Below, piece after piece: positions 25,989 through 39,205 of a DNA stretch of 64,000 bases. Where the stretch lies: the NCBI RefSeq assembly GCF_003334305.1, contig NZ_QOWS01000010.1. One strand, given 5' to 3'. The first letter of the stretch is position 1; every line of letters begins with the position of its first letter. Source of the DNA: Escherichia coli (GTDB taxonomy: Bacteria > Pseudomonadota > Gammaproteobacteria > Enterobacterales > Enterobacteriaceae). The notes beneath the pieces were generated by a model, which was not told where the DNA came from, did no database searches, and saw only the letters and a program-made list of their open reading frames with translations. A program made the translations under genes and the position numbers.

Positions 25989-26963
25989 ATGCAATACAAC
26001 CCCTTAGGAAAAACCGACCTTCGCGTTTCCCGACTTTGCCTCGGCTGTATGACCTTTGGCGAGCCAGATCGTGGTAATCACGCATGGACACTGCCGGAAG
26101 AGAGTAGCCGTCCCATCATTAAACGCGCGCTGGAAGGCGGCATAAATTTCTTTGATACCGCCAATAGCTATTCCGATGGCAGCAGCGAAGAGATCGTTGG
26201 TCGCGCACTGCGGGATTTCGCCCGTCGTGAAGACGTGGTCGTTGCCACCAAAGTGTTCCATCGCGTTGGTGATTTACCGGAAGGATTATCCCGTGCACAA
26301 ATTTTGCGCTCTATCGACGGCAGCCTGCGACGTCTCGGCATGGATTATGTCGATATCCTGCAAATTCATCGCTGGGATTACAACACGCCGATCGAAGAGA
26401 CGCTGGAAGCTCTGAACGACGTGGTAAAAGCCGGGAAAGCGCGTTATATCGGCGCGTCATCCATGCACGCTTCGCAGTTTGCTCAGGCCCTGAAGCTACA
26501 AAAACAGCACGGCTGGGCGCAGTTTGTCAGTATGCAGGATCACTACAATCTGATTTATCGCGAAGAAGAGCGCGAGATGCTGCCACTGTGTTATCAGGAG
26601 GGCGTGGCGGTGATTCCGTGGAGCCCGCTGGCGCGGGGGCGACTGACGCGTCCGTGGGGAGAAACTACCGCACGACTGGTGTCTGATGAGGTGGGGAAAA
26701 ATCTCTATAAAGAAAGCGATGAAAATGACGCGCAGATCGCAGAGCGGTTAACGGGCGTCAGTGAAGAACTCGGTGCAACACGAGCACAAGTTGCGCTGGC
26801 CTGGTTGTTGAGTAAACCGGGCATTGCCGCACCGATTATCGGTACATCGCGGGAAGAACAGCTTGATGAGCTATTGAACGCGGTGGATATCACTTTGAAG
26901 CCGGAACAGATTGCCGAACTGGAAACGCCGTATAAACCGCATCCGGTAGTAGGATTTAAATAA
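25989..26963 (+). CDS. yajO: Aldo-keto reductase YajO
   Basis: 324-aa ORF MQYNPLGKTDLRVSRLCLGCMTFGEPDRGNHAWTLPEESSRPIIKRALEGGINFFDTANSYSDG. Confidence 0.97.
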   Translation: MQYNPLGKTDLRVSRLCLGCMTFGEPDRGNHAWTLPEESSRPIIKRALEGGINFFDTANSYSDGSSEEIVGRALRDFARREDVVVATKVFHRVGDLPEGLSRAQILRSIDGSLRRLGMDYVDILQIHRWDYNTPIEETLEALNDVVKAGKARYIGASSMHASQFAQALKLQKQHGWAQFVSMQDHYNLIYREEEREMLPLCYQEGVAVIPWSPLARGRLTRPWGETTARLVSDEVGKNLYKESDENDAQIAERLTGVSEELGATRAQVALAWLLSKPGIAAPIIGTSREEQLDELLNAVDITLKPEQIAELETPYKPHPVVGFK

Positions 26964-26968
26964 GAGTC

Positions 26969-27008
26969 CAGGCCTGATGAGACGCAACAAGCGTCACATC
27001 AGGCATCG
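26969..27008. repeat. REP-like palindromic element
   Basis: GCCTGATGAGACGC...GCGTCACATCAGGC between the convergent yajO and pgpA stops. Confidence 0.6.
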
Positions 27009-27016
27009 GTGCACAA

Positions 27017-27535
27017 CTACGACAGAATGCCCAGCGGCCAGTGATGACCAATAAAGTACAGGATGCCAGCGGAGATCACCCCGGCGACAATATCATCTAT
27101 CATGATCCCCATGCCGCCATGCACATTGCGATCAAACCAGCGGATCGGCCACGGTTTCCACATATCCAGAATACGGAAAATCACAAACCCGGCGGCAACC
27201 CACTGCCAGTCATTGGTCGGCAGCGCCATGAGCGTGATCCACATACCAATAAATTCGTCCCAGACAATGCTGCCGTGATCGTGCACGCCCATATCTTTTG
27301 CGGTCTGATGACAAAGATAGACGCCGATACAGATCCCCAGCATCACCACCAGCGAGTAGAGCTGCCAGGGCAAAAAGGTCATCAGATACCAGAACGGAAT
27401 CGCTGCCAGCGAGCCCATCGTCCCAGGAACGATCGGGCTTAATCCACTTCCGAATCCGACAGCAAGCAGATGCCACGGATTACTCATCTTCAGGCGACTT
27501 TTCGCGACATCTTTATGGCGTGGCAAAATGGTCAT
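27017..27535 (-). CDS. pgpA: Phosphatidylglycerophosphatase A
   Basis: Start at [34 protein letters not shown] (172 aa) within the 184-aa ORF-track frame. Confidence 0.92.
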   Translation of the reverse strand: MTILPRHKDVAKSRLKMSNPWHLLAVGFGSGLSPIVPGTMGSLAAIPFWYLMTFLPWQLYSLVVMLGICIGVYLCHQTAKDMGVHDHGSIVWDEFIGMWITLMALPTNDWQWVAAGFVIFRILDMWKPWPIRWFDRNVHGGMGIMIDDIVAGVISAGILYFIGHHWPLGILS

Positions 27536-28490
27536 ATCCTTTCCAGTCAAACGTGACTGGTTCGCCGTCACGAATAAAACAAAGCCCTTCGATATCGGCG
27601 GTCATTTGCCCGATACAGGTAAACGGTACGCCAAGGTGTCCGAGAGCAACATCCAGCGCGCCACGGTTCAGTTCCGGCACCGTGAAACACAACTCGTAAT
27701 CTTCACCGCCAGAGAGCGCCCAGCGCAGCGCCTGTTCCGGTTCAACATGGCGAGAAAGCGCATCAGAAAACGGCAGCAATGCCAGGTCAATACGTGCGCC
27801 GCAGTCGCTGGCTTTCACGATATGCCCGAGATCGGAAATCAGACCGTCAGAGAGATCGATAGCTGAATTTGCCAGATCGCGCAGTGCCTGCCCCTGTAAA
27901 ATACGCGGCGATGGACGGAGATGACGTTTGATCAAGTAGTCAGCATCTTTAGCATCGGCAACCTGCAAACGGTTTTGCAAAATCGCCAGCCCGGCGGCGC
28001 TATCGCCCGGTGTACCGGTCACATAGATCCAGTCACCCGGTTTCGCCCCAGAGCGCGTTAAGGCTCGTCCCATCGGAACAAAGCCGTGGATACCCAACGT
28101 CATTGATAATGGCCCACGCGTGGTATCGCCGCCAATGAGTTGCATATCGTAATAATTGAGAAGATCAAACAAACTGTCGCTGAAGGACTCAAGCCACGCT
28201 TCGTCTACGTCCGGTAAGGTTAATGCCAGCGTCAGCCAGGCCGGATCGGCCCCCATCGCTGCCAGATCGCTTAGGTTCACCGCCAGTGCTTTATACGCCA
28301 GATCAGCAGGATCGATATCATGGAGGAAGTGGTTGCCCGCCACCAGCGTATCAGTGCTGATCGCCAGGGCCTGTTTCTCGGGGATATTGAGAAGAGCGCA
28401 ATCGTCGCCGATGCCCAGTTCGACATCAAGACGAGAACTTCTTACACGGTCAAAATAACGGGCAATCAGGGAGAACTCGCCACATGCCAT
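27513..28490 (-). CDS. thiL: Thiamine-monophosphate kinase
   Basis: 325-aa [58 protein letters not shown]. Confidence 0.97.
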   Translation of the reverse strand: MACGEFSLIARYFDRVRSSRLDVELGIGDDCALLNIPEKQALAISTDTLVAGNHFLHDIDPADLAYKALAVNLSDLAAMGADPAWLTLALTLPDVDEAWLESFSDSLFDLLNYYDMQLIGGDTTRGPLSMTLGIHGFVPMGRALTRSGAKPGDWIYVTGTPGDSAAGLAILQNRLQVADAKDADYLIKRHLRPSPRILQGQALRDLANSAIDLSDGLISDLGHIVKASDCGARIDLALLPFSDALSRHVEPEQALRWALSGGEDYELCFTVPELNRGALDVALGHLGVPFTCIGQMTADIEGLCFIRDGEPVTFDWKGYDHFATP

Positions 28491-28567
28491 ACGTTATGCC
28501 TCAGCAGGTAAAAAAGAAAAGGCCGGCGATCGCGGAACGGTCTTCCGTGAATCTACCGGCCTGGATA

Positions 28568-28987
28568 TCACTTTTTGTTAGGGCGAATCACAGGTGCTGC
28601 TTTATCGAGTACGCCGTTGACGAACTTATGGCTGTCTTCTGCGCCGAACGATTTCGCCAGTTCGATCGCTTCGTTAATGGCCACTTTGTATGGCACATCG
28701 CTACGTTTAGACAGCTCGTACAGCGCAATGCGCAGTACTGCTTTTTCTACCTGTCCCAGTTCTTCCAGCAGGCGGGACAGGTATGGCTTCATCAGTCCGT
28801 CGAGGTATGCGGTGTTAGTCGCCACCCCGGCCAGCAGCTCACGGAAGTACAGGACGTCAACGTCTTTTACATCCTGTTCAGCCAGGAACTGGTATTCAAC
28901 ATCAGCGATGTCGTTCTGGGACAACTGCCAGGAGTAGAGCGCCTGGACGGCACACTCACGAGCGCGGCGACGAGCAGCAGGTTTCAC
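28568..28987 (-). CDS. nusB: Transcription antitermination factor NusB
   Basis: 139-aa [58 protein letters not shown]. Confidence 0.98.
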
Positions 28988-29006
28988 GGATTTCCCCTTA
29001 CTAATT

Positions 29007-29477
29007 TCAGGCCTTGATGGCTTTCAATACATTAATCATTTCAAGCGCGGTCAGTGCAGCTTCTGCACCTTTGTTGCCAGCTTTGGTGCCAGCACGTTCG
29101 ATCGCTTGTTCAATGCTTTCAGTGGTCAGAACCCCAAAAGCAACCGGAATTTCGCTGTCCTGGGCAACATGCGCCAGGCCGTTGCTTGCACCACCAGCGA
29201 CATATTCAAAGTGGGCAGTGCCACCACGAATAACCGTACCCAGCGCAATCACCGCGTCGTATTTACCGGTTTTAGCCAGTGCACCCGCCGCCAGCGGCAG
29301 CTCATAGGCACCAGGCACCCAAACAACGGTAATGTTTTCATCTTTTACCTGACCGATACGTTTCAGTGCGTCAATTGCACCTTCCAGCAGGCTGTCATTG
29401 ATAAAGTTGTTGAAACGCGCGATGGTGATGGCGACGCGAGCGTCCGGGGTAGCAACGTTAGCTTCAATAATGTTCAT
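29007..29477 (-). CDS. ribE: 6,7-dimethyl-8-ribityllumazine synthase (ribE; ribH in some nomenclatures)
   Basis: Start at [61 protein letters not shown] (156 aa) within the 188-aa ORF-track frame. Confidence 0.93.
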
Positions 29478-29565
29478 TTTCTTCCTTCGGGTTCGAGTAT
29501 GGCCCCGCAGGGGGGCGGATTTTAGCATAATATTTCGTGCGCTGCTTCCCTTTCGAGCCGGGAGA

Positions 29566-30669
29566 TCATGCACCCACTAAATGCAGGCAAACATCCGGGC
29601 CTACATGACGTATCTCTTTGAATTTAAATTGGGGGGCGTCGGCTAATTTCTCAAGCCCTGGCAGCGTGCATAATCCGCGGGCGTCGCTGCCTAATAGTTT
29701 AGGTGCGATATAGACAATCAGCTCATCGACTAAACCCGCCTGCAGCAATGCGCCAGCGAGCGTTGGCCCCGCTTCCACCCAGATGCTGTTAATTTGCTGT
29801 TTACCCAGTTGCATCATCAGTACAACCAGATCCAGATGACCTTTATGCTCTGGAATCAGCAAGGTACGCACCGTTTCCGGCCACTCACTAGAATCTTCCT
29901 GCGTACGCGCGAACCAGGTTTCGCCGGGCTGCTGCACAATGCGATGTTCCGGCGTCACGCGATTTTGGCTATCAATCACAATACGTACTGGCTGGCGGAG
30001 ATTTTGTTGCGGGTAGAGCGCCTGAGTTTGTTCATCCAGTTCAGACCAACGCACTGTTAAGGCTGGATCATCCGCCAGCACCGTGGCGCTGCTGGTTAAA
30101 ATGGCATGACTTTGTGCGCGCTGTCGTTGTACGTCGCGCCGCGCCTGAGGCGAAGTGATCCACTGGCTTTCGCCGCTCGCCATCGCCGTGCGGCCATCAA
30201 GCGATGCGCCAAGTTTTAACTGAATATAAGGAAAGCCGGTGCGCATCCGCTTGAGAAAGCCTTTATTCAATTGCTCGGCTTCACTCATCATCAGCCCGTG
30301 GCTGACGTCAATGCCAGCCTGTTGCAGACGGTAAAGTCCACGCCCAGCGACCTGCGGGTTAGGATCTTGCATCGAGGCAACCACGCGCGCTACGCCAGCG
30401 GCGATGAGTGCGTCACAGCACGGTGGCGTACGACCATGATGGCTACAGGGTTCGAGTGTGACATAGGCGGTCGCACCTTTGGCTTTTTCACCCGCCATAC
30501 GCAACGCGTGTACTTCGGCATGTGGTTCACCCGCACGTTGGTGGTAACCTTCACCGACAATTTCGCCATCTTTGACAATGACGCACCCGACATTCGGGTT
30601 GGGATGCGTGGTAAAACGTCCTCGTTGCGCCAGCTTTAGCGCCCGCGCCATGTAATACTCGTCCTGCAC
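29566..30669 (-). CDS. ribD: Bifunctional riboflavin biosynthesis deaminase/reductase RibD
   Basis: 367-aa [59 protein letters not shown]; CMP/dCMP deaminase zinc motif HAE...[11 protein letters not shown]. Confidence 0.97.
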
Positions 30670-30672
30670 GGC

Positions 30673-31158
<486 letters not shown>

Positions 31159-31272
31159 TTACCCTGAACTGACGATACAACAAAGGCGCAACGCTTTTGA
31201 GATAAAGGATCGATGCTTTCGCTGCTTTTACCCTCTACCATTAGGCTAATTGCGACGAGAAAGGGACGACCT

Positions 31273-31812
31273 ATGAATACTAACGTTTTTCGACTGCTCC
31301 TGCTGGGAAGCCTGTTCAGCCTTAGCGCCTGTGTGCAGCAGAGCGAAGTGCGACAGATGAAACACAGCGTCAGCACGCTGAACCAGGAGATGACGCAACT
31401 CAATAAAGAAACGGTCAAAATCACTCAGCAAAACAGGCTGAATGCAAAATCCAGCAGTGGGGTTTACCTTCTGCCTGGAGCGAAAACACCGGCAAGACTG
31501 GAAAGCCAGATCGGTACTTTACGTATGTCGCTGGTGAATATTACGCCTGATGCAGATGGCACCACCCTGACGCTACGTATTCAGGGCGAGTCGAATGATC
31601 CCTTGCCCGCATTCAGCGGAACTGTTGAATATGGGCAAATTCAGGGAACAATAGACAACTTTCAGGAAATCAATGTGCAGAATCAATTGATTAATGCCCC
31701 TGCCAGCGTCCTCGCCCCCAGCGATGTTGATATTCCGTTACAGTTAAAGGGTATTTCTGTAGAACAGTTAGACTTCGTACGTATCCACGATATTCAACCT
31801 GTTATGCAGTAA
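31273..31812 (+). CDS. yajI: Lipoprotein YajI
   Basis: Start at MNTNVFRLLLLGSLFSLSACVQQSEV (lipobox LSAC) within the 199-aa ORF-track frame. Confidence 0.88.
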   Translation: MNTNVFRLLLLGSLFSLSACVQQSEVRQMKHSVSTLNQEMTQLNKETVKITQQNRLNAKSSSGVYLLPGAKTPARLESQIGTLRMSLVNITPDADGTTLTLRIQGESNDPLPAFSGTVEYGQIQGTIDNFQEINVQNQLINAPASVLAPSDVDIPLQLKGISVEQLDFVRIHDIQPVMQ

Positions 31813-31929
31813 ACGTATTTCGGGGCGATTTTGTGCGTCCCGCAACATCTTTCCCCGTCATTTTGTTACTCCGCTTACATCACCCAGATTGATAGTAAAA
31901 GTTTGCAACAAGGGTGAAAGTCAGTACAA

Positions 31930-32040
31930 TCCCTGCCCGAATGTGTGTAAACGTGAACGCAATCGATTACGTAAATGATAGAACTGTGAAACGAAACATA
32001 TTTTTGTGAGCAATGATTTTTATAATAGGCTCCTCTGTAT
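31930..32040 (+). promoter_or_regulatory. tsx promoter region with CRP/CytR-type TGTGA half-sites and a TATAAT -10 element
   Basis: Several TGTGA / TGTAAACG motifs and TTATAATAGG upstream of tsx; known class of CRP/CytR-regulated promoter (assignment approximate). Confidence 0.4.
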
Positions 32041-32110
32041 ACGAAATATTTAGAAACGCAATTTGCGCCTTTTTCACTCCCGCAAGGGATTTTCAAACAG
32101 TGGCATACAT

Positions 32111-32995
32111 ATGAAAAAAACATTACTGGCAGCCGGTGCGGTACTGGCGCTCTCTTCGTCTTTTACTGTCAACGCAGCTGAAAACGACAAACCGCAGTAT
32201 CTTTCCGACTGGTGGCACCAGAGCGTTAACGTTGTCGGAAGCTATCACACCCGTTTTGGACCGCAGATCCGCAACGATACCTACCTTGAGTACGAAGCAT
32301 TCGCTAAAAAAGACTGGTTCGACTTCTATGGTTATGCGGATGCGCCGGTATTCTTCGGCGGTAACTCCGATGCCAAAGGTATCTGGAACCACGGCTCTCC
32401 GCTGTTTATGGAAATCGAACCACGTTTCTCCATCGACAAGCTGACCAATACTGACCTTAGCTTCGGTCCGTTCAAAGAGTGGTACTTCGCGAACAACTAC
32501 ATTTACGACATGGGTCGTAATAAAGATGGTCGCCAGAGCACCTGGTATATGGGTCTGGGTACCGACATCGATACTGGTCTGCCGATGAGCCTGTCCATGA
32601 ACGTCTATGCGAAATACCAGTGGCAGAACTATGGCGCAGCGAACGAAAACGAGTGGGACGGTTACCGTTTCAAAATTAAATACTTTGTGCCGATTACCGA
32701 TCTGTGGGGCGGTCAGCTGAGCTACATCGGCTTCACCAACTTCGACTGGGGTTCCGATTTAGGGGATGACAGCGGTAACGCAATCAACGGTATTAAGACC
32801 CGTACTAATAACTCTATCGCTTCCAGCCATATTCTGGCTCTGAACTACGATCACTGGCACTACTCTGTCGTAGCTCGTTACTGGCACGACGGTGGTCAGT
32901 GGAACGACGATGCAGAACTGAACTTCGGCAACGGCAACTTCAACGTTCGCTCTACCGGCTGGGGTGGTTACCTGGTTGTAGGTTACAACTTCTGA
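32111..32995 (+). CDS. tsx: Nucleoside-specific outer-membrane channel Tsx
   Basis: Start at [49 protein letters not shown] (294 aa); C-terminal ...GYLVVGYNF beta-barrel ending. Confidence 0.95.
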
Positions 32996-33003
32996 TTATG
33001 AAA

Positions 33004-33030
33004 ATGCCGGGATTTATTCCCGGCATTTCA
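33004..33030 (+). terminator. Rho-independent terminator downstream of tsx
   Basis: AATGCCGGGA-TTTATT-CCCGGCATTT hairpin 9 bp after tsx stop. Confidence 0.6.
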
Positions 33031-33057
33031 GATTGTTAACAACGTGCGCTTTGTTCA

Positions 33058-33158
33058 TGCCGGATGCGGCGTAAACGCTTTGTCCGACCCACAAAAGCAC
33101 GTAAATTCAATATATTGCTGAAATAACGTAGTCCTGATAAGCGTAGCGCATCAGGCAA
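33058..33158. repeat. REP elements (two units) between tsx and yajD
   Basis: GCCGGATGCGGCGTAAACGCTTTGTCCGACC and GTCCTGATAAGCGTAGCGCATCAGGCA match the REP consensus family. Confidence 0.6.
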
Positions 33159-33171
33159 TTTTACGTTTTAA

Positions 33172-33519
33172 TCACTTCTTCTTGTTCATCATCGCTTTCA
33201 GGTCAGCGAATGGGTTGTACTTCGCTTCACCGACATCTTTCTGCGCATCTTCCCCTGCGATAACGGTCGTACCATACTGATCCGCTTCGGTATATTTCGA
33301 ATGCTCATGATCGTGGCAATAGAGACAAAGCAATTCCCAGTTACTGCCATCTTCCGGGTTATTGGTATGGTCGTGATCAATGTGGTGAACAGTAAGTTCA
33401 CGCAGGTTGGAATAGACAAACTCGCGGGAACAGCGACCGCAGACCCACGGATAGATTTTTAATGCTTTTTCGCGATAGCCGCTTTCTAACCGCGCATAGT
33501 TTTTTGGGATGATAGCCAT
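33172..33519 (-). CDS. yajD: HNH-nuclease-family protein YajD
   Basis: 115-aa ORF MAIIPKNYARLESGYREKALKIYPWVCGRCSREFVYSNLRELTVHHIDHDHTNN (HNH motif). Confidence 0.95.
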   Translation of the reverse strand: MAIIPKNYARLESGYREKALKIYPWVCGRCSREFVYSNLRELTVHHIDHDHTNNPEDGSNWELLCLYCHDHEHSKYTEADQYGTTVIAGEDAQKDVGEAKYNPFADLKAMMNKKK

Positions 33520-33647
33520 GAAAAGTTACCTGGATGAAATGTAGGGTTACGCGCAGTTTCCCAAGATGCGGGGATTTTCGCAATCTCCATACATCAAAAA
33601 AAATCCCGATCTTCTGACCGGGATTTTCAACATCAACGGGAACTTGA

Positions 33648-34619
33648 TTAAGGCAGAATTGACGGCTGATCCGCCCCTTCTTTTTCCACTTTCTGCTGCA
33701 ACATGTGTTCGCGCTTCATACCCAGTTTCAGAGCCAACGCAGATGCCACATAGATGGAAGATGCAGTACCGATGGAAACACCGATAAGCATGGTCAGCGA
33801 GAAGCCTTCCAGTACCGGACCACCGAAGAGGTACAGCATCAGGATAACCATCAAGGTAGTACCGGATGTGATCAAGGTACGGTGCAGCGTCTGGGTCAAG
33901 GACACGTTAAAGATTTCGTAAGGCGTACCGCGACGGATCTTGCGGAAGTTTTCACGAATACGGTCCGATACCACGATACTGTCGTTAAGCGAGTAACCGA
34001 TAACCGACATCAACGATGCCACAATGGTCAGGTCAATCTCGATATGGAATAACGACAAAATACCCAGCGTAATGATAACGTCGTGCGCCAGCGCAATAAC
34101 AACCCCTGCCGCCAGTCGCCACTCAAAGCGAAAACCTACGTACACAAGGATAGACAGCAGCGCCGCCATCAACGCCATCGCACCGGTTTGCGCAAGGTCT
34201 GCCCCCACGCTCGGACCGACGAACTCAATACGCTTCACTGCTGCATTCTGATTGGTGGATTCGTTAATCACCTTCAGAACCTGGCTGCCCAGCACCTGAC
34301 CGCCGGTTTCGCCTTCAGCAGGCGGCATACGGACCATGATGTCGTGGCTGCTACCAAAGTTTTGCAGCATTGGCTCTTCAAAACCGGCTTTTTGCAATGC
34401 ATCACGCATTACGTCAATTTCAGCCGGTTTTTCGAGCGTAATTTCGATAACCGTACCACCGGTAAAATCCAGCCCCCAGTTAAAGCCGCGCACGCCCATA
34501 ATAACGATAGCAGCGATTAACAGCAGACCAGAGATGCCGAAAGCCCAGTAGTCCCAGCGCATAAAGTCATAGACTTTACGGCCGTGGTTTAGTTGTTCAA
34601 CAGTATATTCCTGTGCCAC
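33648..34619 (-). CDS. secF: Protein translocase subunit SecF
   Basis: Start at GTG giving [31 protein letters not shown] (323 aa) inside the 338-aa ORF-track frame. Confidence 0.93.
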
Positions 34620-34629
34620 ATCGCACTCC

Positions 34630-36477
34630 TCAGATTGACAGCTTCTTGACGCGCTTGCCGCCATATAGCAGGTTTACGATGGCACGCGTACCGACAATCG
34701 CGGTAAACATCGACGTCGCCACACCGATACCGGTAGTAATCGCGAACCCTTTAATTGCCCCGGTACCCACTGCGTACAGGATGATGACTTTAATCAGCGT
34801 GGTGATGTTCGCATCGAAGATAGAACTGAATGCGCCACGATAACCTTCATCAATTGCCTGTTGAACAGTACGTCCGTTGCTCAACTCTTCTTTAATACGT
34901 TCGTTGATCAGTACGTTCGCATCGACCGCCACCGCAAGGGTTAAGACGATACCCGCGATACCTGGCATACTCAGCGTTGCGCCTGGCAACAGCGACATAA
35001 TGCCGACGATTAAGATCAAGTTGGCAATCAGAGCACTGGTCGCAATCAGACCAAACTTCTTATAGAAGATGATCATGAACAGAATAGAAACCAGCAGACC
35101 GGCAAGGCAAGCCTCCAGCCCCTGTTCAATGTTCTGCATACCCAGGGTTGGGCCAATGGTACGTTCTTCAACAATCTGAATCGGCGCGATCAACGCACCG
35201 GCACGCAGCAGCAGTGACAGCTGACGGGCTTCGTTCGGGTTGTTGATGCCGGTGATACGGAAGCTGTTACCCAGACGAGACTGGATGTTGGCGATGTTAA
35301 TCACCTCTTCCTGTTTCACCAGAACCGCACGACCATTTGCATCTTTCTTACCGCTGTCTTTGTACTCCACAAACAGGGTTGCCATCGGTTTGCCGATGTT
35401 GTCCTTAGTGAAGTTAGACATGATGTTACCACCAGCGCTATCGAGCGAGATGTTAACCTGCGGTTGGTTGTATTCGTCCTGGCTGGAAGTGGAGTCGGTG
35501 ATATGGTCACCGGTCAGAATTACGCGTTTGTACAGCACAACTGGCTGACCTTCGCGGGTCTGTTTCACTTCAGAGTCGCCCGGTACGCGACCGGATGCCG
35601 CAGCGGCCTGGTCAACGTTGGTGTTTACCAGACGGAATTCCAGCGTTGCCGTCGCACCCAGAATCTCTTTCGCACGCGCAGTGTCCTGAATACCTGGCAG
35701 TTCAACAACGATACGGTCAGCACCCTGACGCTGAACCACCGGCTCCGCCACGCCAAGTTGGTTTACACGGTTACGCAGGATATTGATGTTCTGCTGCACC
35801 GCATATTCACGCGCTTCACTCAGACGAGCATCGCTCATTACCGCACGCAGCTGGTTGCTGCCCTGGCTACTAATCACCAGGTCCGGATGGCGCTTGCTCA
35901 GATACGCAATGGCTTCATCACGAGCTTTAGCATCGCGGAAAGTAATGCTCAGGCCGTAGTTGTTTTCTTTACGAACGGTGGTATACGGGATGCCCTTTTC
36001 ACGCAGATCGCTGCGCAGGCTATCGATATTTTGTTCCTGGAGTTTGCCAAGCGCGGTGTCCATATCCACTTCCATCAGGAAGTGAACGCCGCCACGCAGG
36101 TCAAGGCCGAGCTTCATCGGCTCAGCGTGAATAGCTGCCAGCCAGCGCGGCGTTGCCGGGGCAAGGTTAAGCGCCACGACGTATTTGTCACCCATAACGC
36201 CCATTAATGCTTCACGAGCGCGCAGCTGGGTGTCAGTGGAGTCGAAGCGCGCAAGAATAGCGCCCTCTTCCAGTGCCACAGACTTAGCAGTTATTTTTTC
36301 TTCTTGTAACGTTTTCTGGACCTGGATCAGCGTTTGCTCACTGGCGGCGACTCCGCGCGCACCAGTGATCTGAACAGCCGGATCCTCACCAAACAGGTTG
36401 GGAAGCGCATACAGCAGACCGATGACAATCACCACGATCAGCATGACGTACTTCCACAAAGGATAACGGTTTAACAC
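34630..36477 (-). CDS. secD: Protein translocase subunit SecD
   Basis: 615-aa [45 protein letters not shown]. Confidence 0.98.
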   Translation of the reverse strand: MLNRYPLWKYVMLIVVIVIGLLYALPNLFGEDPAVQITGARGVAASEQTLIQVQKTLQEEKITAKSVALEEGAILARFDSTDTQLRAREALMGVMGDKYVVALNLAPATPRWLAAIHAEPMKLGLDLRGGVHFLMEVDMDTALGKLQEQNIDSLRSDLREKGIPYTTVRKENNYGLSITFRDAKARDEAIAYLSKRHPDLVISSQGSNQLRAVMSDARLSEAREYAVQQNINILRNRVNQLGVAEPVVQRQGADRIVVELPGIQDTARAKEILGATATLEFRLVNTNVDQAAAASGRVPGDSEVKQTREGQPVVLYKRVILTGDHITDSTSSQDEYNQPQVNISLDSAGGNIMSNFTKDNIGKPMATLFVEYKDSGKKDANGRAVLVKQEEVINIANIQSRLGNSFRITGINNPNEARQLSLLLRAGALIAPIQIVEERTIGPTLGMQNIEQGLEACLAGLLVSILFMIIFYKKFGLIATSALIANLILIVGIMSLLPGATLSMPGIAGIVLTLAVAVDANVLINERIKEELSNGRTVQQAIDEGYRGAFSSIFDANITTLIKVIILYAVGTGAIKGFAITTGIGVATSMFTAIVGTRAIVNLLYGGKRVKKLSI

Positions 36478-36504
36478 GGCAATTCCCTTAGGGAAAAATT
36501 TTAA

Positions 36505-36837
36505 TTACAGCGCCTTCATGGTGCCTTTCGGCAGGACGGCAGCTACGAAGTCACGTTTAATAACTACTTCAGTGGTGTCATTCAGCGCGATAGCAATGTA
36601 GCCGTTTTCCGCTACTTTGGTTACGCGACCAACCAGGCCACCGTTCGTCAGAACTTCATCACCTTTGGCAATGGAGTCCATCAGCTTTTTGTGTTCTTTG
36701 GTGCGCTTCTGCTGTGGACGCAGGATCATGAAATAGAAAATCAGACCGAATACCACCAGCATCAAAATCAAAGACATCGGGCTACCTTGCGCCGGTGCAC
36801 CCGTTGCCGCTACCGCATCAGAAATAAAAAAGCTCAT
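36505..36837 (-). CDS. yajC: Sec translocon accessory subunit YajC
   Basis: Start at MSFFISDAVAATGAPAQGSPMSLILMLVVFGLIFYFMILRPQQKR (110 aa) inside the 120-aa frame. Confidence 0.93.
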   Translation of the reverse strand: MSFFISDAVAATGAPAQGSPMSLILMLVVFGLIFYFMILRPQQKRTKEHKKLMDSIAKGDEVLTNGGLVGRVTKVAENGYIAIALNDTTEVVIKRDFVAAVLPKGTMKAL

Positions 36838-36859
36838 TAAATTTCCCTCATTATTAATA

Positions 36860-38002
<1,143 letters not shown>

Positions 38003-38042
38003 TCAGAAAAACAGTCCAACGTTTTAAACCAGCGCCGCGGAA

Positions 38043-39113
38043 TTACTCCCCGACGCGCTCATTAATTGCCTGCGGATTGTACGTGATAAACATCGCATCA
38101 CCGTAACTAAAAAAGCGATATTTCTCTTCTACCGCTGCTTTATAGGCATTCATGGTGTGTTGATAACCGGCAAAGGCCGAAACCAGCATAATCAGCGTCG
38201 ATTCCGGCAGGTGGAAGTTTGTCACCAGCGCATCGACCACTTTGTACTGGAAGCCCGGATAGATAAAGATTTGGGTATCGTCAAAGAACGGTTCGATAAG
38301 ATCGTTTTTCGCCGCCTGAGCCGCGCTTTCCAGCGAACGTACTGAGGTGGTGCCAACCGCAATCACCCGGTTACCGCGCGCTTTCGCCGCCAGTACCGCG
38401 TCTACCACATCCTGCGGCACTTCAGCGTATTCCGAGTGCATGATGTGATCTTCAATGGTGTCGACGCGCACCGGCTGGAAGGTGCCCGCACCAACGTGCA
38501 ACGTCACAAACGCCATCTCCACGCCTTTGGCGCGTAATTTTTCCAGCAAAGGTTCGTCAAAATGCAGACCTGCGGTCGGGGCTGCAACCGCGCCCGGTTT
38601 TTCGCTATAAACGGTTTGATAAAGTTCGCGGTCAGCGTCTTCGTCCGGACGGTCGATATACGGCGGCAGCGGCATATGGCCGATGCTGTTGAGAATATCC
38701 AGCACCGAGCGTTCATCATTAAATTCGACTTCAAACAGTGCGCCGTGGCGCGCGGTCATTGTTGCGTTAATACTTTCGTCATCGCCCAGCAGCAGTTCTG
38801 CGCCAGGTTTTGGCGCTTTCGAGGCGCGAATATGCGCAAGAATGCGTTTGTCGTCGAGCATCCGTTCAACCAGCACTTCAATCTTGCCGCCGCTGGCTTT
38901 ACGCCCAAACAGGCGCGCCGGGATCACGCGGGTATTATTAAAAACCAGAAGATCGCCGGGGTTGAGCTTATCAAGTAAATCGGTGAAAGTACCGTGCGTC
39001 AGCGCGCCCGTCGGCCCGTCCAGCGACAGTAAACGACAGCTACTGCGTTCAGGCATGGGATAGTGGGCAATCAGGGATTCGGGCAATTCAAAGGAGAAAT
39101 CGGTAACGCGCAT
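38043..39113 (-). CDS. queA: S-adenosylmethionine:tRNA ribosyltransferase-isomerase
   Basis: 356-aa [53 protein letters not shown]. Confidence 0.98.
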
Positions 39114-39205
39114 GACACTGACTCAGACTAAAATAAGAGGCGGGTAGTCTAGTGCCGGGGCGCTCTCCCTGCAACCTTTACCCCCTTTTGGATAGAATAT
39201 AATCG

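Noticed and set aside
27300-29200. Several CCACCAGC octamers (Chi complement) on the + strand, e.g. in pgpA, thiL and ribE
   Set aside because: Chi sites are common and strand-biased on the E. coli leading strand; the orientation fits this region being reversed relative to the K-12 map, so it is not anomalous
29478-29573. 32-codon upstream extension of ribE in the ORF track
   Set aside because: Extension overlaps the ribD 3' end and is R/K-rich; the canonical lumazine synthase begins at [15 protein letters not shown]
31875-32123. 82-aa ORF on the - strand in the tsx promoter region
   Set aside because: Cys/His/Tyr-rich low-complexity translation overlapping known tsx regulatory DNA; no RBS
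35464-36207. 247-aa ORF on the + strand
   Set aside because: Antisense within secD
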